The position numbers and the translations under genes are program-made. A stretch of 64,000 nucleotides of DNA. It comes from the human T2T-CHM13v2.0 reference genome, Homo sapiens. The notes beneath the pieces are model-generated. The model was given only the letters and a program-made list of their open reading frames with translations, was not told where the DNA came from and searched no databases. Shown here piece after piece: positions 29,800-43,424 of this stretch (position 1 is its first letter; the number at the start of each line of letters is the position of its first letter). The stretch lies in NCBI RefSeq assembly GCF_009914755.1, contig NC_060936.1; one strand, written 5' to 3'.

Positions 29800-29923
29800 T
29801 TTCATTACAGATGTGGTCTCACCATGTTGCCCAGGCTGGTCTCAAATTCCTGGGCTCCAGCAATTCTCCCAGCTCAGCCTCCTGAGCGGTGGGGAGTACA
29901 GGTATGAGCCACCGCTCCTGGCC
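29800..29923 (-). mobile_element. Alu left monomer (FLAM-like) in an antisense L1ME
   Basis: ggtctcaccatgttgcccaggctggtctcaaattcctgggctc. Confidence 0.75.
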
Positions 29924-30530
29924 TCAAGTAGCTCCTTGATAAGGTGCACGGGAGGAAAAGTTGTTGAGACTTTATGTGTCTGAAAATGTTTTTATTCCTT
30001 CTTGACACTTGAATGATAAGACAGCTAGATAATTTTAGAGTAGTAATCATTTTTGCTCAGAAATATGGAAGTATTGTTCTATCGTCGTGTAAATTCTAGT
30101 GTTACTGTTAAGAATGGAAGTCATTCTTATTCTTTTTTTTCCTCATTAAACTTTGTTTTAATGGGTCTTAAAATTGTGACAGCTTTTTAGTCAAGTTGTT
30201 TCCATTAAAAATTACTGATTTTAAAAACTAATGTCTTAAAACTGCCACACACACAAAATAGAAGAAACAAAAAAACACACAAACCCAAACATGGTCCACA
30301 AAACAGTCTCCTTTCCTTCTGAAGGTTTTGCAATGCATTGTTATCATTAACCAGTCTTTTACTATTAAACTTAAATGGCCAATTGAAACAAACAGTTTTG
30401 ACACTGTTCTTCCACCACTGATTAAGACTGGAGTGGCAGGTCTTAGGGATAATATTCTTTTATCTTTCTGAGGTTTCTGGGCAGACTTGGTAACCTTGCC
30501 AGCTCCAGCAACCTTCTGGTCCACTGTTTT

Positions 30531-30859
<329 letters not shown>

Positions 30860-31110
30860 TGGTCCACTGTTTTGATGACATCCACAGCAACTGTCTGTCT
30901 CATATCACAAACAGCAAAACGACCCAGAGGAGGATTGTCCAAGAACTTCTCAACACACATGGGCTTTCCAGGAGCCATATCAACAATGGCAACATCATCA
31001 GACTTCAAGAATTTAGGGCTATCTTCCAGCTTATTACCATAACAGCAATCAATCTTTTCCTTCAGCTCAGCAAACTTGCAAGCAATGTGAAATGTGTGAC
31101 AATTCATTAG

Positions 31111-31607
<497 letters not shown>

Positions 31608-32462
31608 CATGGTGCATTTCAACAGACTTTTACTTCAGTTATAATATTGACTGGAGCAAGAGTGACCACCATATTTGGTTTGAGAACACCAGTCTCCACT
31701 TGGCCTACAAGCATAGTACCACGACCATCAGTTTTGCAGACATCCTGGAGAGGTAGACACAAGGGCTTATTAGTTGGATGAGTTGGTGGTAGGATGCAGT
31801 CCAGAGTGTCAAGCAGCATGGTTCCACTGGCATTGCCATCTTTATGGGTGAATTCCATCCCTTGAACCAATGCATGTTAGCATGTGACTTGAGCGTGTTG
31901 TCACTATTTGAACCAGCAATTGGAACAAATGTTACTGTGTCCGGGTTGTAGCCAATTTGCTTAATATAAGTGCTATCGTTTTTTGCAATTTCCTCTTCTG
32001 GCCATAGGGTGGCTCAGTGGAATTCATTTTGTAAACACCAACAATTGGTTGCTTCATACCCAGTGTATAAGCAAGAGCACCATGATCATCGGTCTGCCCA
32101 TTCTTGGAGATGCCTTCAAATTCACCAATGTCAGCAGCAACAATCAGGACAGGAAAGTCAGCCTGAGATGTGCCTGGATTCATGTTTATGATAAAATCTC
32201 TGTGTCCTGAGACATCAAATTTCCATGGGGAGGTATCAATAGTGATACCACGTTCAGTGTCAGCTTTCAGTTTATCCAAGACCCAGGCATGGGGAGGAGC
32301 CCTTTTCCATCTCAGCAGCTTCCTTCTCAGCAGATTTTTCGATGGTTCTTTTGTTGATGCTACCATATTTGTTGATCAGATGATCAGTGGTGGTGGACTT
32401 GACCAAATCTATGTGTCCAATGACGACAATGTTGATATGAGTCTTTTCCTTTCCCATTTTAG

Positions 32463-32983
<521 letters not shown>

Positions 32984-33084
32984 CACTTTATTTCTTAATA
33001 ATTAGGAACTCTTTGTTCCTGAGATCTTTTTAAAAATAAAGTTATGGTGCATAATATACAAACAACAAATTGCATTATTTAAAC

Positions 33085-35260
33085 CTGATATCTTAATAAT
33101 ATTGAGTCTTCTATCTCATGAACATGATACAGCTCTTCATTATTTAGGTCTTTAACTTCTCTCAGTAATGTTTTGTAGTTTTCAATGCACAATTATTGAA
33201 CATATTTTAGTACATTTATGTGTAAATATGTCATACTTTTGGATGTTGTTAGAAATGAAATTGTAATTTTTACTTTTCTGATTGTTTATTGCTAGTTTAT
33301 AGAATTCTATTTTTGTATATTGACCTTGCATAGGACTTGCTGAATTCACATAGCTCTAGGAGTTTTTTTCTGGATTCCTTATGATTTTACAGTACACAAT
33401 CATTCTGTCTGCAATAAAGAGTTTTACTTCTTCCCTTCCACTCTGTATACTTGTTTTCTTCTTCTCCTCTCCCTTCTCCTCCTTTCTCCTCTTCCTATTT
33501 CCTCTTCTCTTTCTTTTCATCTTCTTGTCTTATTGCACTGCCTAGGGCCTCCAGAAGAATGTTGAATAGGACTACTAGTAAGACTGGGTGTTCTTGTGTT
33601 AATCTTAGGAGAAGACATTCAGTCTTTCATCATTAACTAAGGTGCTGTCTGTAGGCTTTTTGTAGACGCCCTTGAACCAGTTGAGGATGTTTCCTTCCTT
33701 TGTTTTTTTCAGTTTGTCAAGCATTTTAAATCATGGATAGATATTAAATTTAAAAAAAATGTTTTTGCTTCATCTATTGATATAATTATATGGGCTTTCT
33801 CCCTCATTTTGTTAATATGGTGAATTATGTTAATTGATTTTTGAGTGTTAAACCAATCTTGGATTTCTCGAAGAAATCTCACTTGATTATAATCCTTTTT
33901 ATAAATTACTGGATTTACTTTGCATATATATGTGTATCTATATAATTTTGTCTCCATGCATAAGGGATATGAATTATGGATATTTCTTATAATGTCTTTT
34001 TCTGGTTTAGTATCAGAGTAATACTGCCTCTAAAAAATGGGTTTAGCAAATATTCTCTTCTTTTCTGTTTTCCTAAAATGTTGAATTATTTCTTCATGTG
34101 TTTGATAGAATTCAACAGTAAAGCCATCTGATCCTGGGGTTCCTTTGTGAGATGGCTTTCTTAATTTTGAATTCAATTTTTATGGTACATATAGGGCTAT
34201 CATATTATCTATTGCTTCTTGTGTCAGTTTTAATACTTGTCTTTCAAGGTATTCATTTGTTTTAGTTGTGACCAAATTTATTGACATGGAGTTGTTTATC
34301 CTATTCCCTTATTTTTGTAAATATCCTTTGGATTTGTATTGATGGCTTCTCTTTCAATCTTGATATTGGTAATTTGTGTTTTCTCTTTCTTATTGGTAAG
34401 TCTAGCTAGAGATTTCTCAATTTTATTAATCATTTCAAAAATCAGCTTTTGGTTTCATTGATTTTTCTCTATTGTTCATCTTTTTTCAATTTCATTGTTC
34501 TGTACTGTAATCTTTGTGTTTAATTTGTTCTCTAAGTTTCTTAAGAGAGAGCATAGATCATTGATTTTGGACTTTTCTTTTTTTCATAATATAAACACTG
34601 ATTTCATAATATAAGCACTGATTTAGCTGTTTCCATGAATTTTTATTGTATTTTACTTATCACTCGGTTCAAATATTTTCTGTTATTATTAATATTTGTG
34701 ATTTGATTTTTTCCTTCACCTATGGGTTATTAGAAGTAAGGTTGTTTTATTTCACGTTTGGGGCTTTTCTAGATGTGTTATTGTTTTTTATTTATATTTA
34801 ATACTGTTGTGATCAGAGAGTATTGTCTGTAAGATTTATTCTGTTAAAAATCAATTGACTTGTTTTATAGCCCAATATATGCTCCATTTTCATGTGTATT
34901 TGAAAAGAATGTTTATCCTGCAGTAGTTGGCTATAGTGTTCTATAAATGTCAGTTAAAATAGTTGATAAGTGTACAGATCTTCCACATCTTTTCTGATTT
35001 GTTTTTCTTATCTGGATGTTCTATGAATTACTGAGAAAATTCTGTCAGTCTCCAACAATGACTATGGGTATGCTTTTTTCCTCCTTTAGCTTTGATACTT
35101 ATTCTTCATATATTTCAAAATTCTCTTACGTTCACCTATACACTTAAAATTGATAATGGCTTGTGGTTATTTACCATTTTATCATTATGAAATATTTCTC
35201 TTTGTCTCTAGAAATATTCTTTGTTGTGATGGCTACTTTTGGAAATCTGTATATGTTTAT
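33085..35260 (-). mobile_element. Old L1M ORF2 fragment (antisense)
   Basis: The - strand ORF 33709-33957 resembles L1 RT (QDWFNTQKSINIIHHIN...HIIISIDEAKTF). Confidence 0.85.
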
Positions 35261-35514
35261 ATAATTCATATATTATCAAGGCTTCTAACATTTGGCATCT
35301 ATTGTTCGTTAAACTATTATACAGAACTGAGGAAACAGTGTGTACATAGGCACAGAGGCACGGACAAAAATGACAGGACTGTTTCAGGGCCAGTAAGATT
35401 TGATGAGGCCGCAGCATCAGTGAGGACAGAGGAATGGAGGTTTCCATTTGGCCCTATACGCTGTGTTATGGCTCTTGACTGTATAGCATAAAGGTCTGGG
35501 ACAGTCTTTGCAGT

Positions 35515-35735
35515 CTCATGGTCCCAGGTTTAACTTCTGAATCTACCATTTATTAAACTTGTAACCTTGGACAAGTTACTTAACCTCTATTTCCTCATAT
35601 GTAAAATGGGGACAAATAATAGCACATACTTCATGTGTTTTTAGAAAGATGAAATTATATATATATCGCATACATACACATTACGTCTATATACACAAAT
35701 ACAGTGCTTAGTAAAGTGTTCAATAAATATCTATT
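35515..35735 (+). mobile_element. MIR
   Basis: gtaaccttggacaagttacttaacctct...tttcctcatatgtaaaatgggg. Confidence 0.75.
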
Positions 35736-36769
35736 TTTATATGTATAACTAGTATTATATCATATAATATGTATATATTATATTACATGTATTATTATAT
35801 ATATTTTCATATAGTCTAGTCTCAATTTTCCTGCTGGCTTCAATTTTCAGAGATTTAATTAATTGCCTTTTTGTTTGAAGTTTTCTTTTCTCCATTTGCT
35901 CCCATTCTCCCTGCCCCCACTCCCTTACCGTACTTTCTTAGTTCCCAACTTTCTGGGCCTCCTCCCTGCCCAAATTGGATTTCATAGCCTCAAGAACTGC
36001 AGACTGTACAATTAAGGTAGTTGCTGCTTGCTATCTTTCTCCTTTTGCCACTCCCCCATGAACCTCAGTAACTTGGCTACGATTTCAATTTCTGCTCTGA
36101 AAAAATGCACTTATTAGAATTTTCCAATTATCTGCAATATGAATGCAGATAACTAGGGCTGATGTACCTAGTTCAGAAACACACCCCATGTAGTTGTGAT
36201 GAAAGAATAACACTTTTTGCAGAAGAAATGCTCTATATTTATGATAAATATTCTTAGCAAAAATTGTCAGTAGAGCTATAAAAGGACCTTTGGAAGGGGC
36301 ACTTGAAAACTCGGCTCAGCAACTTCCTTTTCCACCTTGAAGTATCCCCTTCAAAAGAATTCCCAAACAGATGATGTTTGATGTTCCGGACCTCGCAGCA
36401 TGATGCGAAAGAAAGATCATGGGTTTTGAAGTAGGTTAGTGCAGACGCCTACTCTTTGGGTTATTTCTCAGCCTGAGCGCGTTTCCTGGCTTGTAAATCG
36501 CATGTAGGAATCCTTTACTAAATCCACATCCACAATAGTTTCCCTTATTATGGGTCTTCGTGCATCTTATACCTTTCATTATCATAGTTTCACTTTCCAT
36601 TTAAGCATCTAATAACGTCAGCTTCCTATAGTGGATTGTAAGCTCCACAAGGCCAAGGACCACGAGAATTCACTGTACCCCTGTATCCCCAGGCTAAACC
36701 ATCACTGTACACTCAAGAGTCTAGCACAGTGCCTGGCACACAGTAAACAGCAAGTGAATGACAAGCAGT

Positions 36770-37310
36770 TGGCAGTGGCCGGAGCTCCGTCGCTGGGGCG
36801 TGGAGAGGGCCGCCCCGGCCCGCAGTTCCCGCCCTGACACTGGGATAACTTCCCCCGCGGATGCCCAGCGCCGCCCTGACCAGACCCTCTGTACCCCGAC
36901 TTCTGTCCGGCCAGAAGCCACAGCCGCACGCAGCGCCTCGCCCCGTGACGTCACTCGGGGCGGGACTTCCGGCCGCCGAAGTTTAACAGTCCAGGCGGGA
37001 GCCGGAAGCCCAGCGCGGAGCCGGCCGCGGCCCCCTGTTGTGTTGCTGCGGAGAGGTGAGGTTCCGGAGGCCCTGAGGTCAGCGGGCCCCCGCCCGCCGC
37101 GTCCGCGCACCCTCCCGATCCTAAGACCCGCTCCGTCCCCCTCAGAGGGCGGGGCGGCGGTCCTTGGGCTTTGCGCGCCCGGAGCGGTTGCTGGGCGGGG
37201 GCGCGGCGGCGCGCTGGGCTGGGAAGTGTCCGGGGAGGCGCGGGCCGGGGTCGCGCACCTCCCGGAGCCTTGTGGGGTGTGCTGCCTCCGAAAAGTTTGC
37301 CTCGTCTCCA
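36770..37310. promoter_or_regulatory. NEDD1: CpG island / NEDD1 promoter
   Basis: Abrupt GC- and CpG-rich block in an AT-rich background. It contains the palindromic CRE GTGACGTCAC (36945-36954), GC-box GGGGCGGGAC (36957-36966), ETS sites ACTTCCGG (36965-36972) and CCGGAAG (37002-37008), and E2F-like GGCGGGA (36994-37000). No TATA box seen. Confidence 0.92.
36975..37055 (+). other. NEDD1: NEDD1 non-coding exon 1 (start approximate)
   Basis: Strong donor GAG|GTGAGG at 37055/37056, just downstream of the promoter motifs. Confidence 0.75.
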
Positions 37311-37358
37311 CAAGTCTGTCTCCTTTTTTGTCAACCTCAAGTACTTTTCTTTTGGCAG

Positions 37359-37611
37359 GTACTTGGATGCATTTTACAGGTTAGCCTCACTTGAGCTGTT
37401 GTCCTGCAAGTAAAGTGTATTTTTGGTGATTGAAAGTTGGAGAACTTTCATTTCAGCTGAGTGGTGTAGTTGAATTGGTTCCTGTAGCCGCTGTCCCTAA
37501 ACCCAGGCCGACGTTACCGCCTTGTGTCCTGACTGCTAGCTTTCGACGGGACCGTCTTTGAGGGACTCATGTAAAGTCTCTCCCTTAATGCTCAGTTCTT
37601 AGAAGACCGAG
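37359..37611 (+). other. NEDD1: NEDD1 5'UTR exon 2 (long form)
   Basis: Acceptor cttttcttttggcag| at 37358/37359; donor GAG|GTAGGT at 37611/37612. Confidence 0.75.
37367..37379 (+). CDS. NEDD1: Alternative first coding segment (MHFT + first base of G) giving the N-terminally extended NEDD1 isoform MHFTGAVMQENL...
   Basis: ATG CAT TTT ACA G|GTTAGC donor at 37379/37380. Joined to 39508 (GC GCA GTC ATG) it is in frame with the main ORF and adds 7 aa, matching my recollection of the longer NEDD1 isoform. Confidence 0.75.
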
Positions 37612-38649
37612 GTAGGTGGGCAGATGGTCCTCTTCCCCGCCCCGCTTTAAGAGCCGAAAACAAACATTAAATCACCCGGCGAGTTGTGTTTCCTAAGTTG
37701 GAGCAGGTCGTTTGAACCCAGTTTTTCTGAGCCCAGGCCTCAGTGATCTACCCACTACACCCCGCAGCTCACCAGGCCTGGTTACGATGCAGTTAGACAC
37801 AGCTTGCAGTTGTGGTTTACAGGGCTTAGAGCTCGCTTTTCCAGCAATTCATTAGTTGTTCCTTGACTTGGGAACCAAGGGGGCACGTGTTACACATGTT
37901 TAAGGCTCCAAATCCAAACATTGTGTTACATCTCTGCAGGTGACTTTAATGGCTTTTAGTAGCACTGTATCGGATGAATGGAGCATAAGGAAGCACATGA
38001 GTGAATTACATTAACTTTTTGTCTCGAGAATGAAACGTTTCTATAATTCTGTCTTTAACTTGTCCTCTGAAATGGCTTATACTAGACGTAGGTGTGCTGT
38101 TGTATTGGTGACTCGGGGACCTGCCTGTGACATCACTAATGCTGTGCAGTAGTCTTGCACTTTCCATACTAGGAAGGTGTGGGAGGTATAATTCTGTGCC
38201 CTCTCCCTTTCCTTTTCTCCCATGTACTTTTGAGCATCTTTTTTTCTCACTTATCGTTCATTACTACCTGTTGCTCTTTAAAGTGCCTGCCTAGAGCAGC
38301 TTCTTTGCCTTCTGTTTTCTAGACTTCCTTGGTTTGTGAAATCACCTTGTTAGAATTACGTGTTTCAGCTGTATGCTCTGAATAAATGATTGAAGGCATC
38401 GTAGTCCAAGTATTGGTATAGGGACTTAGTGGCGTCTCATTTGACCATATTGCTAATTTTAGAGTTTTGGAAAAACTGGTGTGACTGGATTCTGACCTGC
38501 AGAAATGCTAGTTTATCATACTTTTTTTAAAAATTAGGAAGTTACTTATTAGTAGTTATTTGTTGTGAAACTGCTGTGTGCCAGGAATGTTTCAAGACTC
38601 TGGTGTGGGGAGACAGACATTATAAGAACAAATAAAAATTTCAGATAGT

Positions 38650-38950
<301 letters not shown>

Positions 38951-39515
38951 TTCAGATATTAGGAAGTGCTATGAAAAAAATGAAATCAGGTATTGGGATA
39001 TAGGGTAAACTGCTAAGTCCCTTACCAGGTAAGGAAGGGACTGCGTTAGCCAGGGTGGTCAGGAAAGGCCTTTCATAGGAGGAAACATTTGAGCTAAGAC
39101 CTGAATGATGAGAAGGAGATGACCATGGGAATCTGGGGAGAACATCTTAGGCACAGGGAGCAGCAAATGAAAAGACACTGAGGTGAGAATGACTTTGCCT
39201 TTGCATGAGGCAGAGAGAAGGCCAGTGAAAAGAAAGAGGAGAGTTACATGGGGGCCAGGACATGTAAGGCAGGCTAAGGAGGCTGGATTTCATTATCATT
39301 ACTGTGAGGAGCCATTGGAAGGGTCAGCTAAGAGAATGCGACCTGGCTTATGTTTTAGGAAAATCACTTCAACTGCTTTGGTGACTGCACTGTTTGGAAC
39401 AAAAATGAATGAGTTAGAGCCACTTGTTTTAGATTAGATTTTGACCTTTTTTTGAGTATGTCTATTCTTAAATGTTTTTAAAATACATTGTTTTAAACTG
39501 TTTGTAGGCGCAGTC

Positions 39516-39651
39516 ATGCAGGAAAACCTCAGATTTGCTTCATCAGGAGATGATATTAAAATATGGGATGCTTCATCTATGACATTGGTGGATAAATTCA
39601 ACCCACACACATCACCACATGGAATCAGCTCAATATGTTGGAGCAGCAATA
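39516..39651 (+). CDS. NEDD1: NEDD1 coding exon (exon starts at 39508): MQENLRFASSGDDIKIWDASSMTLVDKFNPHTSPHGISSICWSSN, phase 1
   Basis: Acceptor tttgtag| at 39507/39508, ATG at 39516, 136 coding nt, donor A|GTATCCTTT. Confidence 0.96.
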
Positions 39652-42475
39652 GTATCCTTTAAAAAAAAAAAACACACACACACACACACAAACCGCTTAT
39701 TAGGTTAAACAACCACTGTCAATGAAACTTTTGCATGTGCCTCATACTGAGTAATGTGTTTTGCATTGCTACCAAGGATAGATAACGTAAAATAGTAATT
39801 TACAAAACAATATATCATATGAATGCACTCTGATTTTATCTGTTGCGTTCATTTAAAAAAAATTTAGTTACAACCCACTTCATTTGAAAACACTGCTATT
39901 AAAAAAAGTATATTCTGTCTACACCATAGAATTAGTTATCAAAAATTTCTTATTGAACCAAATGGAATAAGGTTGGTAGTTGTGGAAATTCCAAAAGGTT
40001 TTGGAATGAGTTTTTGCATCTACATTTGGGTATTTGTGGATCTGAACTGAAAATTAAAGACAGAACTTGAAGGCAGAAGCAAGTTGGGGAGGAGATAAAA
40101 AATTGTCCAATATCTCCATCTTACTAATGTACTCTCCATATCTTCCTTCCTCTCTGTGTGTGTGATGAAAATTACATTTCCTAAACAGACATAGTAAAGT
40201 TACCTAGATTGAACTTTTCTAAGCTTTTTATGTTTCTGATTGACACCTTCCCTGTCTTGGTGAGCTCCTCAATGTGGATAAAATAAAATGAGGGAGTGAA
40301 GACTGTAAACTAGGGTTTCTGAACCCTGTGCTATTGACTTTTTGGGGCAGAAAATTTGTTGTGGACCTTTCCTGTATGTTGTACCACGTGGAGGTTTATT
40401 GGTCTTCACCCGTTAGGTACCAATAGCCTCTAGTTGTGACAACCCAAAACGTTTCCAGAATTGCCTGAATCACTCCCAGTAGAGAACCACTGCTGTGACC
40501 ACAGTGCTCCTATCACCTTTTATGTGAAAATGTTTTATGTAATTGGTATGTTAGAAATTTTCTTTTGTGAAACTCATACGCTATTTCTTAACAAATTAAG
40601 ATTTAACATTTATCTGATTTTTATCAACACCAAAGTATTCTACTTTCTGATAAAAAAATCAAAGCTTTAAAATGTGACTGGTTCAGGAACAAAAATATTA
40701 AAAGTTTTATATGACTTACTATTCTTGCATGTATATAACAAGAAGGACAAATTTTCTTACTGAATTAAATTTACCTCCTTATCATTCCTTGATTTTGCAG
40801 TAAAACAAATTACTTTGGTACTCTGTTAATCAAACTCATGGTGAAGTGACTACATTTTTGAAGGACTTTCCAGATGTGTAATAGGGAAAATATTTTAAAG
40901 AGAGCGACAAGTATATGAAGTTGCTGTTCTCTATTTTTAGATTTTCATTATGTTTAGAGCTTAATTTTCCCTCTTACTATATAAGAGAAAGGTAGCAATT
41001 TGTAGTAAGATTATTTTTTGGTTGACTTTTGTTTTAAGTTTTACTAGGAGTTGGCATTTACTGATGTGCTACTTAATAGTCTAACAACAAAACTGATGTA
41101 GCTATGAGATAGTGTTGTATGACTTTTGGAAATTGGTCTTACAGTTTTCTTGCATGAGCAGATGTGCACTGAAAGCCTTCATACAGTCTTATTCTTAATA
41201 AGGCTTTGATCACTTCCATGGAGGTTAATTACTGAAGAACAAGGAGTTCCCAGCCTTAGCAACTTGGGGTCCACATAGTATAGATTCCAAGAATGGGGTT
41301 AATGTGAGACACTAGAGAGATTAGTTTTTTGTTTCTTGTCCTTTAACTTACGTTCCTCACTTTCTCATGATTTCTAAAACTACAAGAGAAATAAAAAAGA
41401 ACTAGATTACCCACCCACATTATGTTTCAGTCCTTTTTTTTCTATATTCTAAGGAGAAAAGTAGTGGTAAACAGGAAGAAGTCAAGGAAAGGGAAATGGT
41501 TTTTCTCGCTATGGTAATATCTAGGTAGGAATGATTTGATTTGCATCATGTATCATAATAAAATTACAGTCTATGCTCTGTTTACAAAATACCTGAAAGT
41601 TATACAGAACATTCAAAAGTTAATGCAGTTAGGGATTCTGAGTGTCTAATTAACCTTTCTCCATTGCTTTTACTCACAGATTTTAATTGCTAAAAAGCAC
41701 AGATTTAAACTTCTGATATTTTAATTTGTTATGGCTCTCAAAATCAGACTCTTATTCTTAGTTATATTATTGTATTTAATCATTTTAGTTTTAAAATAGT
41801 TACTGTTTTGTGTTTACTGATTGTTCCATTTACAATTCGTGTAAAAGAAGGTAAATAAAATTACATTTTATTTAAAAATTAAAACTCATAACACAATTCC
41901 TATTTAACCATACATATTTATAAAATATTTGCAAGTTACTGTAATAGTCATTCTTAATTTAAGATTGAAACATTCTATCACAAAAATTCATGTTCTGGGA
42001 AAATATCAGGCCTTTTTTTTTTTTAAATAGAAAAATAGGAGACTAGTGTGGATGTTTGCTTCCTAGTTTAGATTGTTACCAAGCACTAGGTTAATAAATA
42101 TCTTGAACAGTTTCTGTAGATGAAAAGGTTGATTGATATTTGCTGATGCTGCTTTTATCATGCTCTCATTCTTGAAGGATAAAATTAGCCCTTCTGGCCT
42201 ACTCTTTGAAAACAGAGTAGTATTTCACGTGGGTTAAATAGCTTTTGAGTGATAGCAGAGCCAGAAAGAAGGCTAGTTCTTCCCTGCAGTAGTAGCAAAG
42301 AGAATTAGTCTTAGTAATTATTAATAGTAATGTGAGCCATTTTTGAAAGCTACTCTGTAAGCTATACTCATTGCTTGTCTTCTTAGTGTGTTAGCTTTTA
42401 TAATCGCAATTCTTATAATAGTCTAGTGCTATAGATGTTCATGGATTGTTTGATGCTCCATAACTCCTCATTTAG
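39652..42475 (+). other. NEDD1: U12-type (minor spliceosome) GT-AG intron
   Basis: The 5' splice site GTATCCTTT is the U12 consensus. Branch site TCCATAAC (42457-42464; consensus TCCTTAAC) lies ~12 nt before the AG. No long polypyrimidine tract. Confidence 0.92.
40310..40492. mobile_element. MER20 DNA transposon fragment
   Basis: ctattgactttttggggcaga...agttgtgacaacccaaaacgtttccaga...gagaaccactg. Confidence 0.75.
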
Positions 42476-42570
42476 ATAACTTTTTAGTAACAGCATCTTC
42501 CAGTGGCGACAAAATAGTTGTCTCAAGTTGCAAATGTAAACCTGTTCCACTTTTAGAGCTTGCTGAAGGG
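42476..42570 (+). CDS. NEDD1: NEDD1 coding exon: (N)NFLVTASSSGDKIVVSSCKCKPVPLLELAEG
   Basis: tttag|AT completes the AAT codon; 95 nt; donor GGG|GTAAGT. Confidence 0.96.
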
Positions 42571-43094
42571 GTAAGTGATTTTTTTTTTTTTTAAACTTTT
42601 AAAAATCTTAGTTTTGCTTGACTGGCAATTGCTTATTGTGGTGCTTGCGACTAAATATAAAGGTTTTTAAAAGCATTATTTTTAACTTAAGCTCAAAATA
42701 ATATAGTAACACTTAAAAATGAGATATGTGTACTTACTAAAGTATTTTTAGGTAAAATAGTTTTGAATATAGGGGAACAATTGAAGACTTGAATTTTGTT
42801 GACTAGGCACTTCATTTCTCCATTTTCCCTCAGTGGGAGAGGATCTCTGTTGCTGCTATTTTAGGACGATATCCCACATAGGTTACTAGGTTGACCTGAG
42901 CATATAAACTCTAATGACACAGCACTGCTTTACTGATCTTGGGCTCAGGACCATCAGGAACAGACTCACAGCTGATGGTAGCTCTCTGCTTCAGATTCTG
43001 TCCACCTGTTCTGAGGGGCCTGTCTGAGCCTCCCCCATACTCTCCTTAAACAGGTTGGCTTTGTCAAAATGAGCTTAGGTCCCAGGGCGTTTAA

Positions 43095-43424
<330 letters not shown>

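Noticed and set aside
34582-34624. 20-bp tandem duplication (also ~61083-61112)
   Set aside because: Ordinary slippage duplications inside old L1 sequence.
36721-37413. 208-aa, 196-aa and 129-aa ORFs over the promoter
   Set aside because: Arg/Pro/Gly/Ala-rich frames are expected from stop-codon scarcity in a CpG island. Only the final MHFTG is meaningful.
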